This document shows, piece by piece, positions 29,350-37,785 of a DNA stretch of 64,000 bases. Within the stretch, counting starts at the first letter, position 1; the number at the start of each line of letters is the position of its first letter. Position numbers and translations under genes: made by a program. The stretch lies in assembly GCA_018260315.1 (NCBI GenBank), contig JAGLBJ010000001.1:42420-106419 (forward strand). The letters run 5' to 3'. The notes beneath the pieces are model-generated. The model worked only from the letters and a program-made list of their open reading frames with translations. It made no database searches and was not told the origin of the DNA. This stretch comes from Moraxellaceae bacterium (GTDB taxonomy: Bacteria; Pseudomonadota; Gammaproteobacteria; Pseudomonadales; Moraxellaceae).

Positions 29350-31311
29350 TTAACGTTGTAACAATAGCCCATTAACGCGTTTTAAATAGCCTGCCGGATC
29401 TTCGGGCAAGCCCCCTTCTGCCAATAATGCCTGGTCAAAAATGACATTGGCCAAATCTTCAAACTGACTGGCTGACGTATCTTCGGCGGCGGCTTCCAAC
29501 CGTTTAACCAGCGGGTGCTCCGGATTAATTTCCAGCGTTGGCTTACTCTCCGGTAAAGCTTGGCCCATTTGTTTCATCAGACGTGCCATTTGCCCGGACA
29601 TTTCCCCTTCATTGACGACCAAACAGGCCGGACTATCGACTAAACGAGTGGTTACGCGCACCTTTTGCGCTTTATTTTTAAGCACATCGCCTAAACGCGT
29701 TAAAATCGGTGCCAAGGTTTTAGAAGCCTCTTCGGCAGCCTGTTTTTCGGTGTCGTCCTGCAAATGTCCCAAATCGACCGCACCTTTTGCAACACTTTGA
29801 AGCGGTGTGCCTTCAAACGCAGTTAAATAGCTCATTGCCCACTCGTCTACGCGGTCCGTCATCAACAAGACTTCAATGCCTTTTTTACGAAAGACTTCTA
29901 GCTGCGGGCTATTTTTGGCAGCATTTAAGGTTTCGGCGGTTACATAATAAATGGCCTTTTGACCTTCGGGCATACGCGCCTTGTAGTCAGCCAGCGATAC
30001 ATTTAAATGATCGTCATGGGTACTGGCAAAGCGCAACAGTTTGGCCAGTTTATCTCGATTACTAAAATCTTCGCCCAAACCTTCTTTTAAAACAGCGCCA
30101 AACGCATTATAAAAGGTCTGATATTTGGCTTTTTGCTCGTCTTCAGGGCTGTTTGCCAAACTTTCAAGCGTGCTCAATATGCGGCGCGTATTGCCTTCGC
30201 GTATGGCTTTAACGTCGCGGCTTTCCTGCAACAGCTCACGGCTCACATTAAGCGGCAAGTCGGCACTGTCAATCACGCCTTTAACAAACCGCAAATATGG
30301 CGGCAATAAGTTATCGGCATCTTCCATAATAAACACACGTTTCACATACAGCTTTAGCCCACTGCTGCGCTCACGATAAAATAAGTCTAGCGGTGCTTTA
30401 CTGGGAATATACAAAAGTTGCGTATATTCGGTGCTGCCTTCAACGCGGTTATGCGTCCAGAGTAATGGCTCGTCCTGGTCGTGCGCGATTTGTTTATAAA
30501 ATTCAATATATTGTTCATCGGTAATATCTTTTTTAGGGCGTGTCCACAATGCACTTGCCGAATTAATAGTTTCCCATTCATCAGTCACGACCATTTTACC
30601 GGCATCGTTTTCATTTTCAGGTTCTTGCCAAACTTCCTTGGCCATCTGAATCGGCAGGCTGATATGGTCAGAATATTTATTGACCACATTTTTAACTTTC
30701 CATGCCTGCAAATAGTCTTTGGCATCGTCGCGCAAATGTAAAATAATATGTGTACCGCGTTCAGCCTGTTCAATGTGTTCAACCGTAAAATCACCTGTAC
30801 CGGTACTCACCCAACGAATCGCGCTGTCTTTGGGCGCTCCGGCATGGCGCGATTCAACCGTAATTTTATCAGCCACAATAAAACCCGAATAAAACCCAAC
30901 CCCAAATTGTCCGATTAACTGTGCGTCGGCTTTTTGGTCGCCACTCAAACGGCTCATAAAGTCTTTGGTACCCGATTTTGCAATGGTGCCGAGGTTTTCG
31001 ATGGCTTCTTGTTCGGTTAAGCCAATGCCGTTATCGCTAATCGTAATCGTGTTATGTTCGCTATCAAGTTTGATTTTAACGTTTAAATCGCTGTCGCCTT
31101 CGTAGTATTCAGGGTGATTAATCGCTTCAAAACGCAATTTGTCGCAAGCATCAGACGCGTTTGAAATCAATTCACGTAAAAAAATCTCGGGATTAGAATA
31201 TAAAGAGTGCGTGACCAAATGCAGTAATTGCGCAACTTCTGCCTGAAAACCGTACTGTTTGGCACTGGGCGCGTTATGTTCCTGGGGCTGTTGTTGAGAG
31301 AGGTCGCTCAT
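29350..31311 (-). CDS. htpG: Molecular chaperone HtpG (Hsp90)
   Basis: 653 aa. [42 protein letters not shown] is the Hsp90 GHKL N-terminus. Confidence 0.96.
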   Translation of the reverse strand: MSDLSQQQPQEHNAPSAKQYGFQAEVAQLLHLVTHSLYSNPEIFLRELISNASDACDKLRFEAINHPEYYEGDSDLNVKIKLDSEHNTITISDNGIGLTEQEAIENLGTIAKSGTKDFMSRLSGDQKADAQLIGQFGVGFYSGFIVADKITVESRHAGAPKDSAIRWVSTGTGDFTVEHIEQAERGTHIILHLRDDAKDYLQAWKVKNVVNKYSDHISLPIQMAKEVWQEPENENDAGKMVVTDEWETINSASALWTRPKKDITDEQYIEFYKQIAHDQDEPLLWTHNRVEGSTEYTQLLYIPSKAPLDLFYRERSSGLKLYVKRVFIMEDADNLLPPYLRFVKGVIDSADLPLNVSRELLQESRDVKAIREGNTRRILSTLESLANSPEDEQKAKYQTFYNAFGAVLKEGLGEDFSNRDKLAKLLRFASTHDDHLNVSLADYKARMPEGQKAIYYVTAETLNAAKNSPQLEVFRKKGIEVLLMTDRVDEWAMSYLTAFEGTPLQSVAKGAVDLGHLQDDTEKQAAEEASKTLAPILTRLGDVLKNKAQKVRVTTRLVDSPACLVVNEGEMSGQMARLMKQMGQALPESKPTLEINPEHPLVKRLEAAAEDTSASQFEDLANVIFDQALLAEGGLPEDPAGYLKRVNGLLLQR

Positions 31312-31396
31312 AATAAACTCCTGATTTGGTTAACGTTAAACGTGCATAAATAATCACGGTAAATAAATAGCAAAAAGGGTTAAATCACTGTTTGTA

Positions 31397-31424
31397 CAAT
31401 GGGGTCCCTGTACCCATTTTCAAG
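31397..31424 (-). promoter_or_regulatory. Sigma32 (RpoH) heat-shock promoter of htpG
   Basis: Minus strand reads CTTGAAA-13 nt-CCCCATTG, matching the CTTGAA/CCCCATnT consensus. It lies about 85 nt upstream of the htpG ATG. Confidence 0.65.
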
Positions 31425-31744
31425 TTATTTTGGATTAGCAATAACAAGTTAGGGTCAAAACGCCAACGCCCGGCTGCTATATTGTGCTGTTACAGTAGCG
31501 CAAGATGGCAGGGGCATTAACATTAAGAAAACCAACAGCAGATTTAGGGGTGTATTTTTAAGAGCTCACCTTGACTTAAAAATCCAATTCTTCAATATTT
31601 TTTAAAGTGATGAATAGCTACATGATTGAATCAATGGTTTAAACATCAAATGACTGAATAAATCTTAAAAACAATCATGCAACAAGGCTTGAGAATAACG
31701 TAAAATGCTCCCTTCTTGATGATGATTTAAGGATTAAGCGCAGC

Positions 31745-32227
31745 ATGTTAAAGCAACTCATGCAACGTAAACCCCAAGTGCTGCAATACCTGTTAAATTT
31801 TTATCCGCCGTATTTTGGCGCAGGCGTTCGCATTACCCGGCTGGATTTGGAACATGGCAATATCGATATTAAAATGCCCTTAACACGCCTGAATAAAAAC
31901 TATGTCGGCACCCAGTTTGGCGGCAGTTTATACTCAATGATTGACCCGTTTTTTATGTTTATTTTAATGCATCATATGGGGTCGGGTTATGTTGTGTGGG
32001 ATAAAGGCGCAAAAATTGATTTTGTCGCGCCGGGACGAGGCACTGTTTATGCCAAGGTTCGCTTGACTCTAGAGCAAATTGCCGAAGTCAAAACGGCCGC
32101 CGCCACCGGTGAAAAAGTGTTGCGGGATTATCCCGTCGATATAACAGACGATAGCGGTCAGGTTGTCGCGCATATCATTAAAACGTTATATATTCGTCAA
32201 AAAAGGCCCCAGGCAACGGCACAGTAA
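31745..32227 (+). CDS. DUF4442 / YiiD C-terminal-like hotdog-fold protein (putative thioesterase)
   Basis: 160 aa. LNFYPPYFGAGVRITRLDLEHGNIDIKMPLTRLNKNYVGTQFGGSLYSMIDPFFMFIL matches my recollection of this family. Confidence 0.55.
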   Translation: MLKQLMQRKPQVLQYLLNFYPPYFGAGVRITRLDLEHGNIDIKMPLTRLNKNYVGTQFGGSLYSMIDPFFMFILMHHMGSGYVVWDKGAKIDFVAPGRGTVYAKVRLTLEQIAEVKTAAATGEKVLRDYPVDITDDSGQVVAHIIKTLYIRQKRPQATAQ

Positions 32228-32270
32228 GGAATCCCTCAGTAACGCTTTACTTTTCTAATCAAGGCTGCTT

Positions 32271-32801
32271 ATGTATACCACGGGCTTATTATGGCCGCAT
32301 TTTTGGGTCAGCGTTTTTACAGTTTTACTGACTTTTTCCAGTGCCGCCCTGGCTATTTTTATACACTATGAAGGCCTGTATCGATTAAATAGCTGGCTGC
32401 TTGGCATTAACCGCAAACATTTACGCGGTATGTTGCTTTCAACGATGCTGCTCATTTTAGCGCTCCATATCAGTGAAATTTGCCTGTATGGGCTGGTTTA
32501 CCGTGCGACGTTGTTATGGCCGGAAATTGGCAGCCTGCAAAATGCCAGCCCGCACAATACCCATAGCGCACCGCACTTTTTAGATGCGTTCTATTTTTCT
32601 GCGATTGTCTATACTTCTCTGGGCTTTGGCGATGTGGTGCCTGTGGGCGCAGTGCGTATGTTGTCGGCTGTAGAAGGCTTGCTTGGCTTAATGCTGATTG
32701 CCTGGTCAGCATCGTTTAGTTTTATGCAGATGGAACGTTATTGGCCCGCACCCGACTTAGAAACTGGAGAAGAAATGCGGCATAATCCTGATAAATGGTA
32801 A
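32271..32801 (+). CDS. Minimal potassium-channel-like protein (Ion_trans_2 type pore)
   Basis: 176 aa. TM helices plus a pore-helix/selectivity-filter segment FYFSAIVYTSLGFGDVVP (TxGxGD-like). No RCK or other regulatory domain. Confidence 0.7.
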   Translation: MYTTGLLWPHFWVSVFTVLLTFSSAALAIFIHYEGLYRLNSWLLGINRKHLRGMLLSTMLLILALHISEICLYGLVYRATLLWPEIGSLQNASPHNTHSAPHFLDAFYFSAIVYTSLGFGDVVPVGAVRMLSAVEGLLGLMLIAWSASFSFMQMERYWPAPDLETGEEMRHNPDKW

Positions 32802-32855
32802 CGTTAAGGCTACCCTTCCGCTTGAATACATCAATTTTCCGTTTGTATTTTCACC

Positions 32856-34880
32856 ATGATACGTAAACCGCCTATTATGCCTGCGCTTATAGAATGGCAT
32901 ACGATAACTGATGCCGACCATAAAGTGTATCATTTGCCATTTTCCAAACAATTTAATGATATTTATTATTCTACCGAAAACGGTCTGGCCGAAGCCAGAC
33001 ACTTATTTTTACAAGGCAATCACTTACCACAGCGATTAAGTGCCTTACAGCCTTTTGAACATTTTTGCATTGGTGAACTGGGCTTTGGTACAGGATTAAA
33101 CGTGCTGGCAGTTTGGCATCTGTGGCGACAGGTTCGGCCGTATGCTAATAATTGGCTACATATCGTCACCACTGAAAAACATCCCTTAAACAGAGCAGAT
33201 TTAATGCGCGCCCTCAGCAATTGGCCGGATTTAGCCGCCTTGAGTGAGCAACTGTTGGCACAATATCCGCCTTTAATGGCAGGTTGTCATCGCTTAATAT
33301 TTGCACAAGACAACGTCAGTCTTGATTTATGGCTGGGTGATGCTGCCGATTGTTTAGCTCAGGTGGCAGCGCCGAGGCCGCTTAATGCCTGGTTTTTAGA
33401 TGGTTTTACACCGGTGCATAATCCTGACCTGTGGCAAACGGCAGTTATGCAGCAGGTACAACGTTTATCGGGACCGGGTACAACATTAAGTACATTTAGT
33501 GTAGCGGGCGTAGTCAAACGTGAACTAGTAGCTCATGGATTTAATATTCAAAAGCAAGCGGGCTTTGGCCAAAAGCGGGCCATGTTAACGGCGTACCGGC
33601 CACCAATGAATGATTTAGAACATCAGCCTCAGGCCGACAAGCCATCATCTTCTAATTTCCGGGCTACCACTAAAATAGCGATTATCGGCGCAGGGATTGC
33701 TGGGTTATCAACTGCCTATGCATTAGCGCTTCGAGGTTTTCACGTTGATTTATATGATCAACAATATCCCTTAGCTGGCGCTTCCGGTAATCCAAGGGCG
33801 CTTCTTATTCCTCGTTTAACGTTACCTGAGCTAGCGCACGAACATTTTCATACGCTGGGCTGGCTAAGTACGGTGCGCTGGTGGAAGGCGTGGCAACATA
33901 CAGTTAATGGCACTGAAACGGTGATTGAATTAACATCAACAGCTTACGATGCACCGGGCGGATTAGCTCTAGCAACACCTAAAAATTCGCTGGATTTAAG
34001 CCGTTTGCAATACGACAATAACGAGATTTTACAGCCGCTTAATCCACAGCAAGCCAGTACGCTACTCGGTCAACCGGTTCAATCAGAAGGGGCATATTTT
34101 CCGGCAGCGGCTGTGATTAACCCCTTCGCCTTGGCGCGACAGGTTATGGGCCATGCTGCCATCGCCTTTAGGCAAGCCACAATTACTCGGTTGATTGAAC
34201 AGGCATCAACACAAGGCACAGCTTGGCAATTGGCAGGTATTCAAAACCCAGACACGCCAGTTCATCTAGTAGAAGTATTACCTGAAGTTTATTCCCATGT
34301 GGTGGTCTGTACGGCAGAATTTAACCAAACCTTACTGCCTTTTATTGAACCGTTACAGGCGATACGTGGTCAAGTTTCCTGGTTTAAAATAGATGCTAAA
34401 CTAGCGCAATATTTGCCAAAATTACCATTAACCTATGGCGGGTATTGTTTAAGGTTTGAAGCCTCTAAAGAACACCAACCCATGCCCTATTTTTTATTAG
34501 GCGCGTCTTTTATTCGGCAAAATCCACCATTAGCCAATATAAACACTTCACCTGTGACAGATGAAGAACACAAGCATAATTTTGGATTATTGCAAGAGGC
34601 ATTGCCAGCATGTGCAAGCTGGTTGCCCCCGATTAACGACTGGTTAGGGAGAGCCGCAACACGTGTACAAACCCGGGATTATTTGCCCGTCGTAGGGGAA
34701 ACAGTACTGAAAAACGTTTTTATAGTGACTGCATTGGGCTCAAAAGGCTTTAGTTTTGCACCCTTATGTGCCGAAATCATCAGCGCAGCAGTCACCCAAA
34801 CACCGGCACCCGTATCCCAAAACCTGCTTAAGGCATTGCACCCTAAGCGTTTATATCGAAAAATCAAACAAAATCATTAA
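32856..34880 (+). CDS. mnmC: Bifunctional tRNA (mnm5s2U34) methyltransferase / FAD-dependent cmnm5s2U34 oxidoreductase
   Basis: 674 aa. N-terminal FNDIYYSTENGLAEARHLFLQGNHLPQRL ... DAWFLDGF-type methyltransferase domain. C-terminal FAD domain with KIAIIGAGIAGLSTAYAL. Confidence 0.88.
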   Translation: MIRKPPIMPALIEWHTITDADHKVYHLPFSKQFNDIYYSTENGLAEARHLFLQGNHLPQRLSALQPFEHFCIGELGFGTGLNVLAVWHLWRQVRPYANNWLHIVTTEKHPLNRADLMRALSNWPDLAALSEQLLAQYPPLMAGCHRLIFAQDNVSLDLWLGDAADCLAQVAAPRPLNAWFLDGFTPVHNPDLWQTAVMQQVQRLSGPGTTLSTFSVAGVVKRELVAHGFNIQKQAGFGQKRAMLTAYRPPMNDLEHQPQADKPSSSNFRATTKIAIIGAGIAGLSTAYALALRGFHVDLYDQQYPLAGASGNPRALLIPRLTLPELAHEHFHTLGWLSTVRWWKAWQHTVNGTETVIELTSTAYDAPGGLALATPKNSLDLSRLQYDNNEILQPLNPQQASTLLGQPVQSEGAYFPAAAVINPFALARQVMGHAAIAFRQATITRLIEQASTQGTAWQLAGIQNPDTPVHLVEVLPEVYSHVVVCTAEFNQTLLPFIEPLQAIRGQVSWFKIDAKLAQYLPKLPLTYGGYCLRFEASKEHQPMPYFLLGASFIRQNPPLANINTSPVTDEEHKHNFGLLQEALPACASWLPPINDWLGRAATRVQTRDYLPVVGETVLKNVFIVTALGSKGFSFAPLCAEIISAAVTQTPAPVSQNLLKALHPKRLYRKIKQNH

Positions 34881-35305
34881 TTCACACGACGTAATGCGGT
34901 TTGACTGCTTAAGGTTTCTTGACACTTACGCACACCGTGTAAAATATGCGCTAATGCGGTCCCCGGCGTTGACAACACCATAACAATTAACGTGACATCA
35001 ACCGTTTTAAACTCACGTACGTAAATATGACCATTGTTGGCTTCAATCGTAAGTGACCGGCAGCCTTCCAAACCCGCTTCAAACACCAGTGCGCTACCCA
35101 TAGCCAACATCGAGCTACTTACGGCAGCCAATTTATCGCTGTTGTAATCGGGCACGGCAGACAACGTAAAGCCGTCCATAGTGGCTAACATTGCCGATTT
35201 AATACCCGTTACATCGTCGCGTAACTGGGTCAGCGAACGCCTTGCCTGTACCAAAAACAGGGGTTCAAATTTGTCGGTCACTACTTTATTGGGCATAATT
35301 TTCAT
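34877..35305 (-). CDS. Roadblock/LC7 (MglB/CvnB-like) domain protein
   Basis: 142 aa. VTGIKSAMLATMDGFTLSAV ... KLAAVSSSMLAMGSAL ... SLTIEANNGHIYVREF ... LIVMVLS follows the Robl alpha-beta-alpha pattern. Lies 66 nt downstream of the GTPase gene. Confidence 0.75.
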   Translation of the reverse strand: MKIMPNKVVTDKFEPLFLVQARRSLTQLRDDVTGIKSAMLATMDGFTLSAVPDYNSDKLAAVSSSMLAMGSALVFEAGLEGCRSLTIEANNGHIYVREFKTVDVTLIVMVLSTPGTALAHILHGVRKCQETLSSQTALRRVN

Positions 35306-35371
35306 CTCTTAACATAGAATTTAGGGTAAAGCTGCTTCCGTTAGCCACTACAGGTCAACGCGATGTCAGGC

Positions 35372-35902
35372 TCAATCTTGCGGTTCTAACAGGGCAATGA
35401 GGACATGCAGCAACATCGAAATATCTTCACGACGGCGCGCATCAACAAAAAATAACGGAATCGATAAATTACGTGCTTTTAACCAGTTAGCATATTGTTC
35501 GGTATCTTGATTTAAGCCTTCGTCAGCATGAGTGACTGCTAACACCAACAACACATTGGGGTCATTTTCAACGTAATAATTGACGTATTTTTCAAGTTGC
35601 GAAATCGGATTTTCAGCCGAATGATCGACGTAAATAATCGTCCCCAATGCGCCAGTCTGTACTGTTTTCCAGACAAATTCAAAGCGTTCTTGCCCGGGCG
35701 TACCGTAAATCATCACTTCAACATCATCACCGAGTTTTACAATGCCGTAGTCAATACCAACCGTCGTCATTGCTTTAGTATGTTGGTCTTGGTCGATATT
35801 CGCCACATCGGTTGAAACCGGTGTACTATCCGAAATCGCGCGAATAGCGGTTGTTTTGCCTGCACCCATTGCACCAGCAAACACAAACTTATAACGCATC
35901 AT
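35372..35902 (-). CDS. Small Ras-like P-loop GTPase of the MglA / CvnD (COG2229) type
   Basis: 176 aa. G1 GAMGAGKTT, switch-I TTVGIDYG, G3 YGTPGQERF (the xGTPGQ variant typical of COG2229), G4 VTHAD. AAGGA Shine-Dalgarno. Confidence 0.8.
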   Translation of the reverse strand: MMRYKFVFAGAMGAGKTTAIRAISDSTPVSTDVANIDQDQHTKAMTTVGIDYGIVKLGDDVEVMIYGTPGQERFEFVWKTVQTGALGTIIYVDHSAENPISQLEKYVNYYVENDPNVLLVLAVTHADEGLNQDTEQYANWLKARNLSIPLFFVDARRREDISMLLHVLIALLEPQD

Positions 35903-36070
35903 GCTAGCATATCCTTAGTGAAACATTATACAGCGCTTAAAAAGCGCTTAATAATAACGTGTTATAAAAAAAGAATGGGTTAAATAACCTACTGCGACAT
36001 CTTTAAAAATTCTATCCAATAGCGCTTTTAGCCTCTTTAAGACCGGCCGTTTAAAATAATCTAGGGCGCA

Positions 36071-37045
36071 TTAAAGTCCCAATTTGGAACGTAACCGTCC
36101 CAACATGCCCTTAAAACCTTGTCCTTGCTGTACTTCCGGGGGCAGCCCTGCATTACGATTATTGAGCTTGACCTGTGCTGCGGTATTATCTGCCGAGGTC
36201 GCCGAACGTGCATAGCCCAACAATTGTAAGGCATGTAACGTTTGGTTAATCGTTGCGCGGTCAATATCCCCAATGGCCAGCAAATCTTGCAGAGAAGAAT
36301 TTTTAACGTGCAAATAACCACAAATACGTAAAATATCACTAATCGGCATGGGTGCAGCCGGTTGCGGCCAACGGTCCAAGGTCCAACGTTGTTCTAAGGC
36401 AGCCGCTTCTCTACCGTCTTCACCGCCCAGTCGCCATGCCAAATCCCATAACCAGACAGACATAGGCATGCTAACTTCGGCAAGAGGCTGCGGTATGGCT
36501 CTTACATCAAACGTGGCGTGTGAAATTTGTCGGCTAATATTGGCATTTAACGGCCAAACCCGATGATTTGTACTGTCAACCCAAGCCAGTGGCTGACCAT
36601 TGGCCGTTAATTGACCCTGTCCGCCTTTTTGCCATAATGCTTGTAAATTTTCGAGAATCTTATCATCTTTGGGAGCCTGATTTTGTCCAGGGACGATACC
36701 GCTCGCAACACGCAAATATTGATATAAATCGGAGGTCGATTGAATGGGCACTGAAATCGAATATTGTTGATTTTCTTTAACGACTTCAAAGGGCTTTGTC
36801 GGGTCGCGACGTACCCACAGGACCCGCACATGGCCTGCTTGCAAAAGTTTATTAATTTGTGGTGAATCCATAAATAAATGGCTGACAATCAACAACTGTT
36901 TTGAAGGGTCTTGACCGGTAACCCACTCTAAGCTTAAGCCGTGTTCGGCGCTTAACATTCTAAAATAACCACGTACTAAGCTTTCATCGGCGTTCGATAA
37001 CCCGACACAAGCAATGCGCAATACTTTACCATCAATCGAAGACAC
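36071..37045 (-). CDS. Orphan ~325-aa protein: receiver-like N-terminus without acidic pocket, Trp-rich middle, DUF742-like HTH segment, C-terminal amphipathic helix
   Basis: Open frame 36071..37060 (TTG at 37060, no Shine-Dalgarno). GTG 37045 follows GGGGGA by 7 nt and is preferred. No ATG occurs before codon 35. No family recognised. Confidence 0.6.
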   Translation of the reverse strand: MSSIDGKVLRIACVGLSNADESLVRGYFRMLSAEHGLSLEWVTGQDPSKQLLIVSHLFMDSPQINKLLQAGHVRVLWVRRDPTKPFEVVKENQQYSISVPIQSTSDLYQYLRVASGIVPGQNQAPKDDKILENLQALWQKGGQGQLTANGQPLAWVDSTNHRVWPLNANISRQISHATFDVRAIPQPLAEVSMPMSVWLWDLAWRLGGEDGREAAALEQRWTLDRWPQPAAPMPISDILRICGYLHVKNSSLQDLLAIGDIDRATINQTLHALQLLGYARSATSADNTAAQVKLNNRNAGLPPEVQQGQGFKGMLGRLRSKLGL

Positions 37046-37284
37046 TGGGTTTTCCCCCAAAAGTCACAAAATAAAAAGCGGCGTTTATAACCAACATTGG
37101 GGTACGCTACATACTTTGAACATAATATCTAACAGCATTTTTACTAAAATTAATAAGCCCGTTAATTTAATATCCAACAGCCATGCATCAAACAGTCATC
37201 ACTTACTTTACAAATAATCGTCAATTTACGAGCGATCGGTCATCTCAATACCGCATGATATCACCATGTCCTTAAGATAACAAA

Positions 37285-37312
37285 ATAACTTGACACCGCA
37301 GCATCAAGTTAT
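37285..37312 (-). terminator. Hairpin downstream of the 118-aa Roadblock gene
   Basis: ataacttga (37285..37293) and tcaagttat (37304..37312) form a perfect 9-bp stem with a 10-nt loop. On the minus strand it is followed by UUUGUU. The stem is AT-rich and therefore weak. Confidence 0.35.
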
Positions 37313-37339
37313 GTTTAAACCTCTAAGCCATTTTAAGAC

Positions 37340-37696
37340 TTAAGAAAAGTCTAAGTTGCCTTCATATGATTTTAGACTGTGCCGTGCCATCGCTAAGTTA
37401 GCTTTCTTACGGTCTAATACAACGTAGATAAATAACGCAGGATTACGCTCTAAAGGACGTAACAAGTGATATTGTTTGCCTAAAGTGATTAAAATATCTT
37501 CGATATTATCATTTAAGCCCAAAGAGGCGGCAACGCGACGTTTAGCACGTAACACTTCGGTATTACCCGCAGCGGCTAAATCTAAATCGATGTTGTCACC
37601 ATCCATTGCCAATGCTAAACCACTATCACTATCAACGATTGCAGATGCAATATAACCATCTAAACCTTTTAAATCATCCAAACTTAATTTTGCCAT
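37340..37696 (-). CDS. Roadblock/LC7-like protein (second copy, different subfamily)
   Basis: 118 aa. GAGG Shine-Dalgarno 5 nt before the ATG. LKGLDGYIASAIVDSDSGLALAMDG ... DILITLGKQYHLLRPL ... LFIYVVLD fits the Robl fold pattern. Confidence 0.6.
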   Translation of the reverse strand: MAKLSLDDLKGLDGYIASAIVDSDSGLALAMDGDNIDLDLAAAGNTEVLRAKRRVAASLGLNDNIEDILITLGKQYHLLRPLERNPALFIYVVLDRKKANLAMARHSLKSYEGNLDFS

Positions 37697-37769
37697 TTTA
37701 GCCTCTCTAGTAGATTAGAAAAATAAGACTTAAAGCATCCATTATAGACGTTTTAACGTTCTAACATGA

Positions 37770-37785
37770 TAGCAAAGCTTTGCTA
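37770..37785. promoter_or_regulatory. Perfect 16-bp palindrome TAGCAAAGCTTTGCTA upstream of the Roadblock gene (candidate operator)
   Basis: Read directly. Its centre lies about 80 bp upstream of the ATG at 37696. Confidence 0.3.

Noticed and set aside
29350-31311. htpG as part of an accessory or defence module
   Set aside because: It is a full-length canonical Hsp90 with its own sigma32 promoter and terminator, so it is an ordinary housekeeping chaperone.
36061-36339. 92-aa minus-strand ORF overlapping the 3' end of the orphan gene
   Set aside because: It is an alternative frame of the same strand inside the longer 36071..37060 ORF. It has no independent Shine-Dalgarno, and the longer frame has protein-like domain structure.
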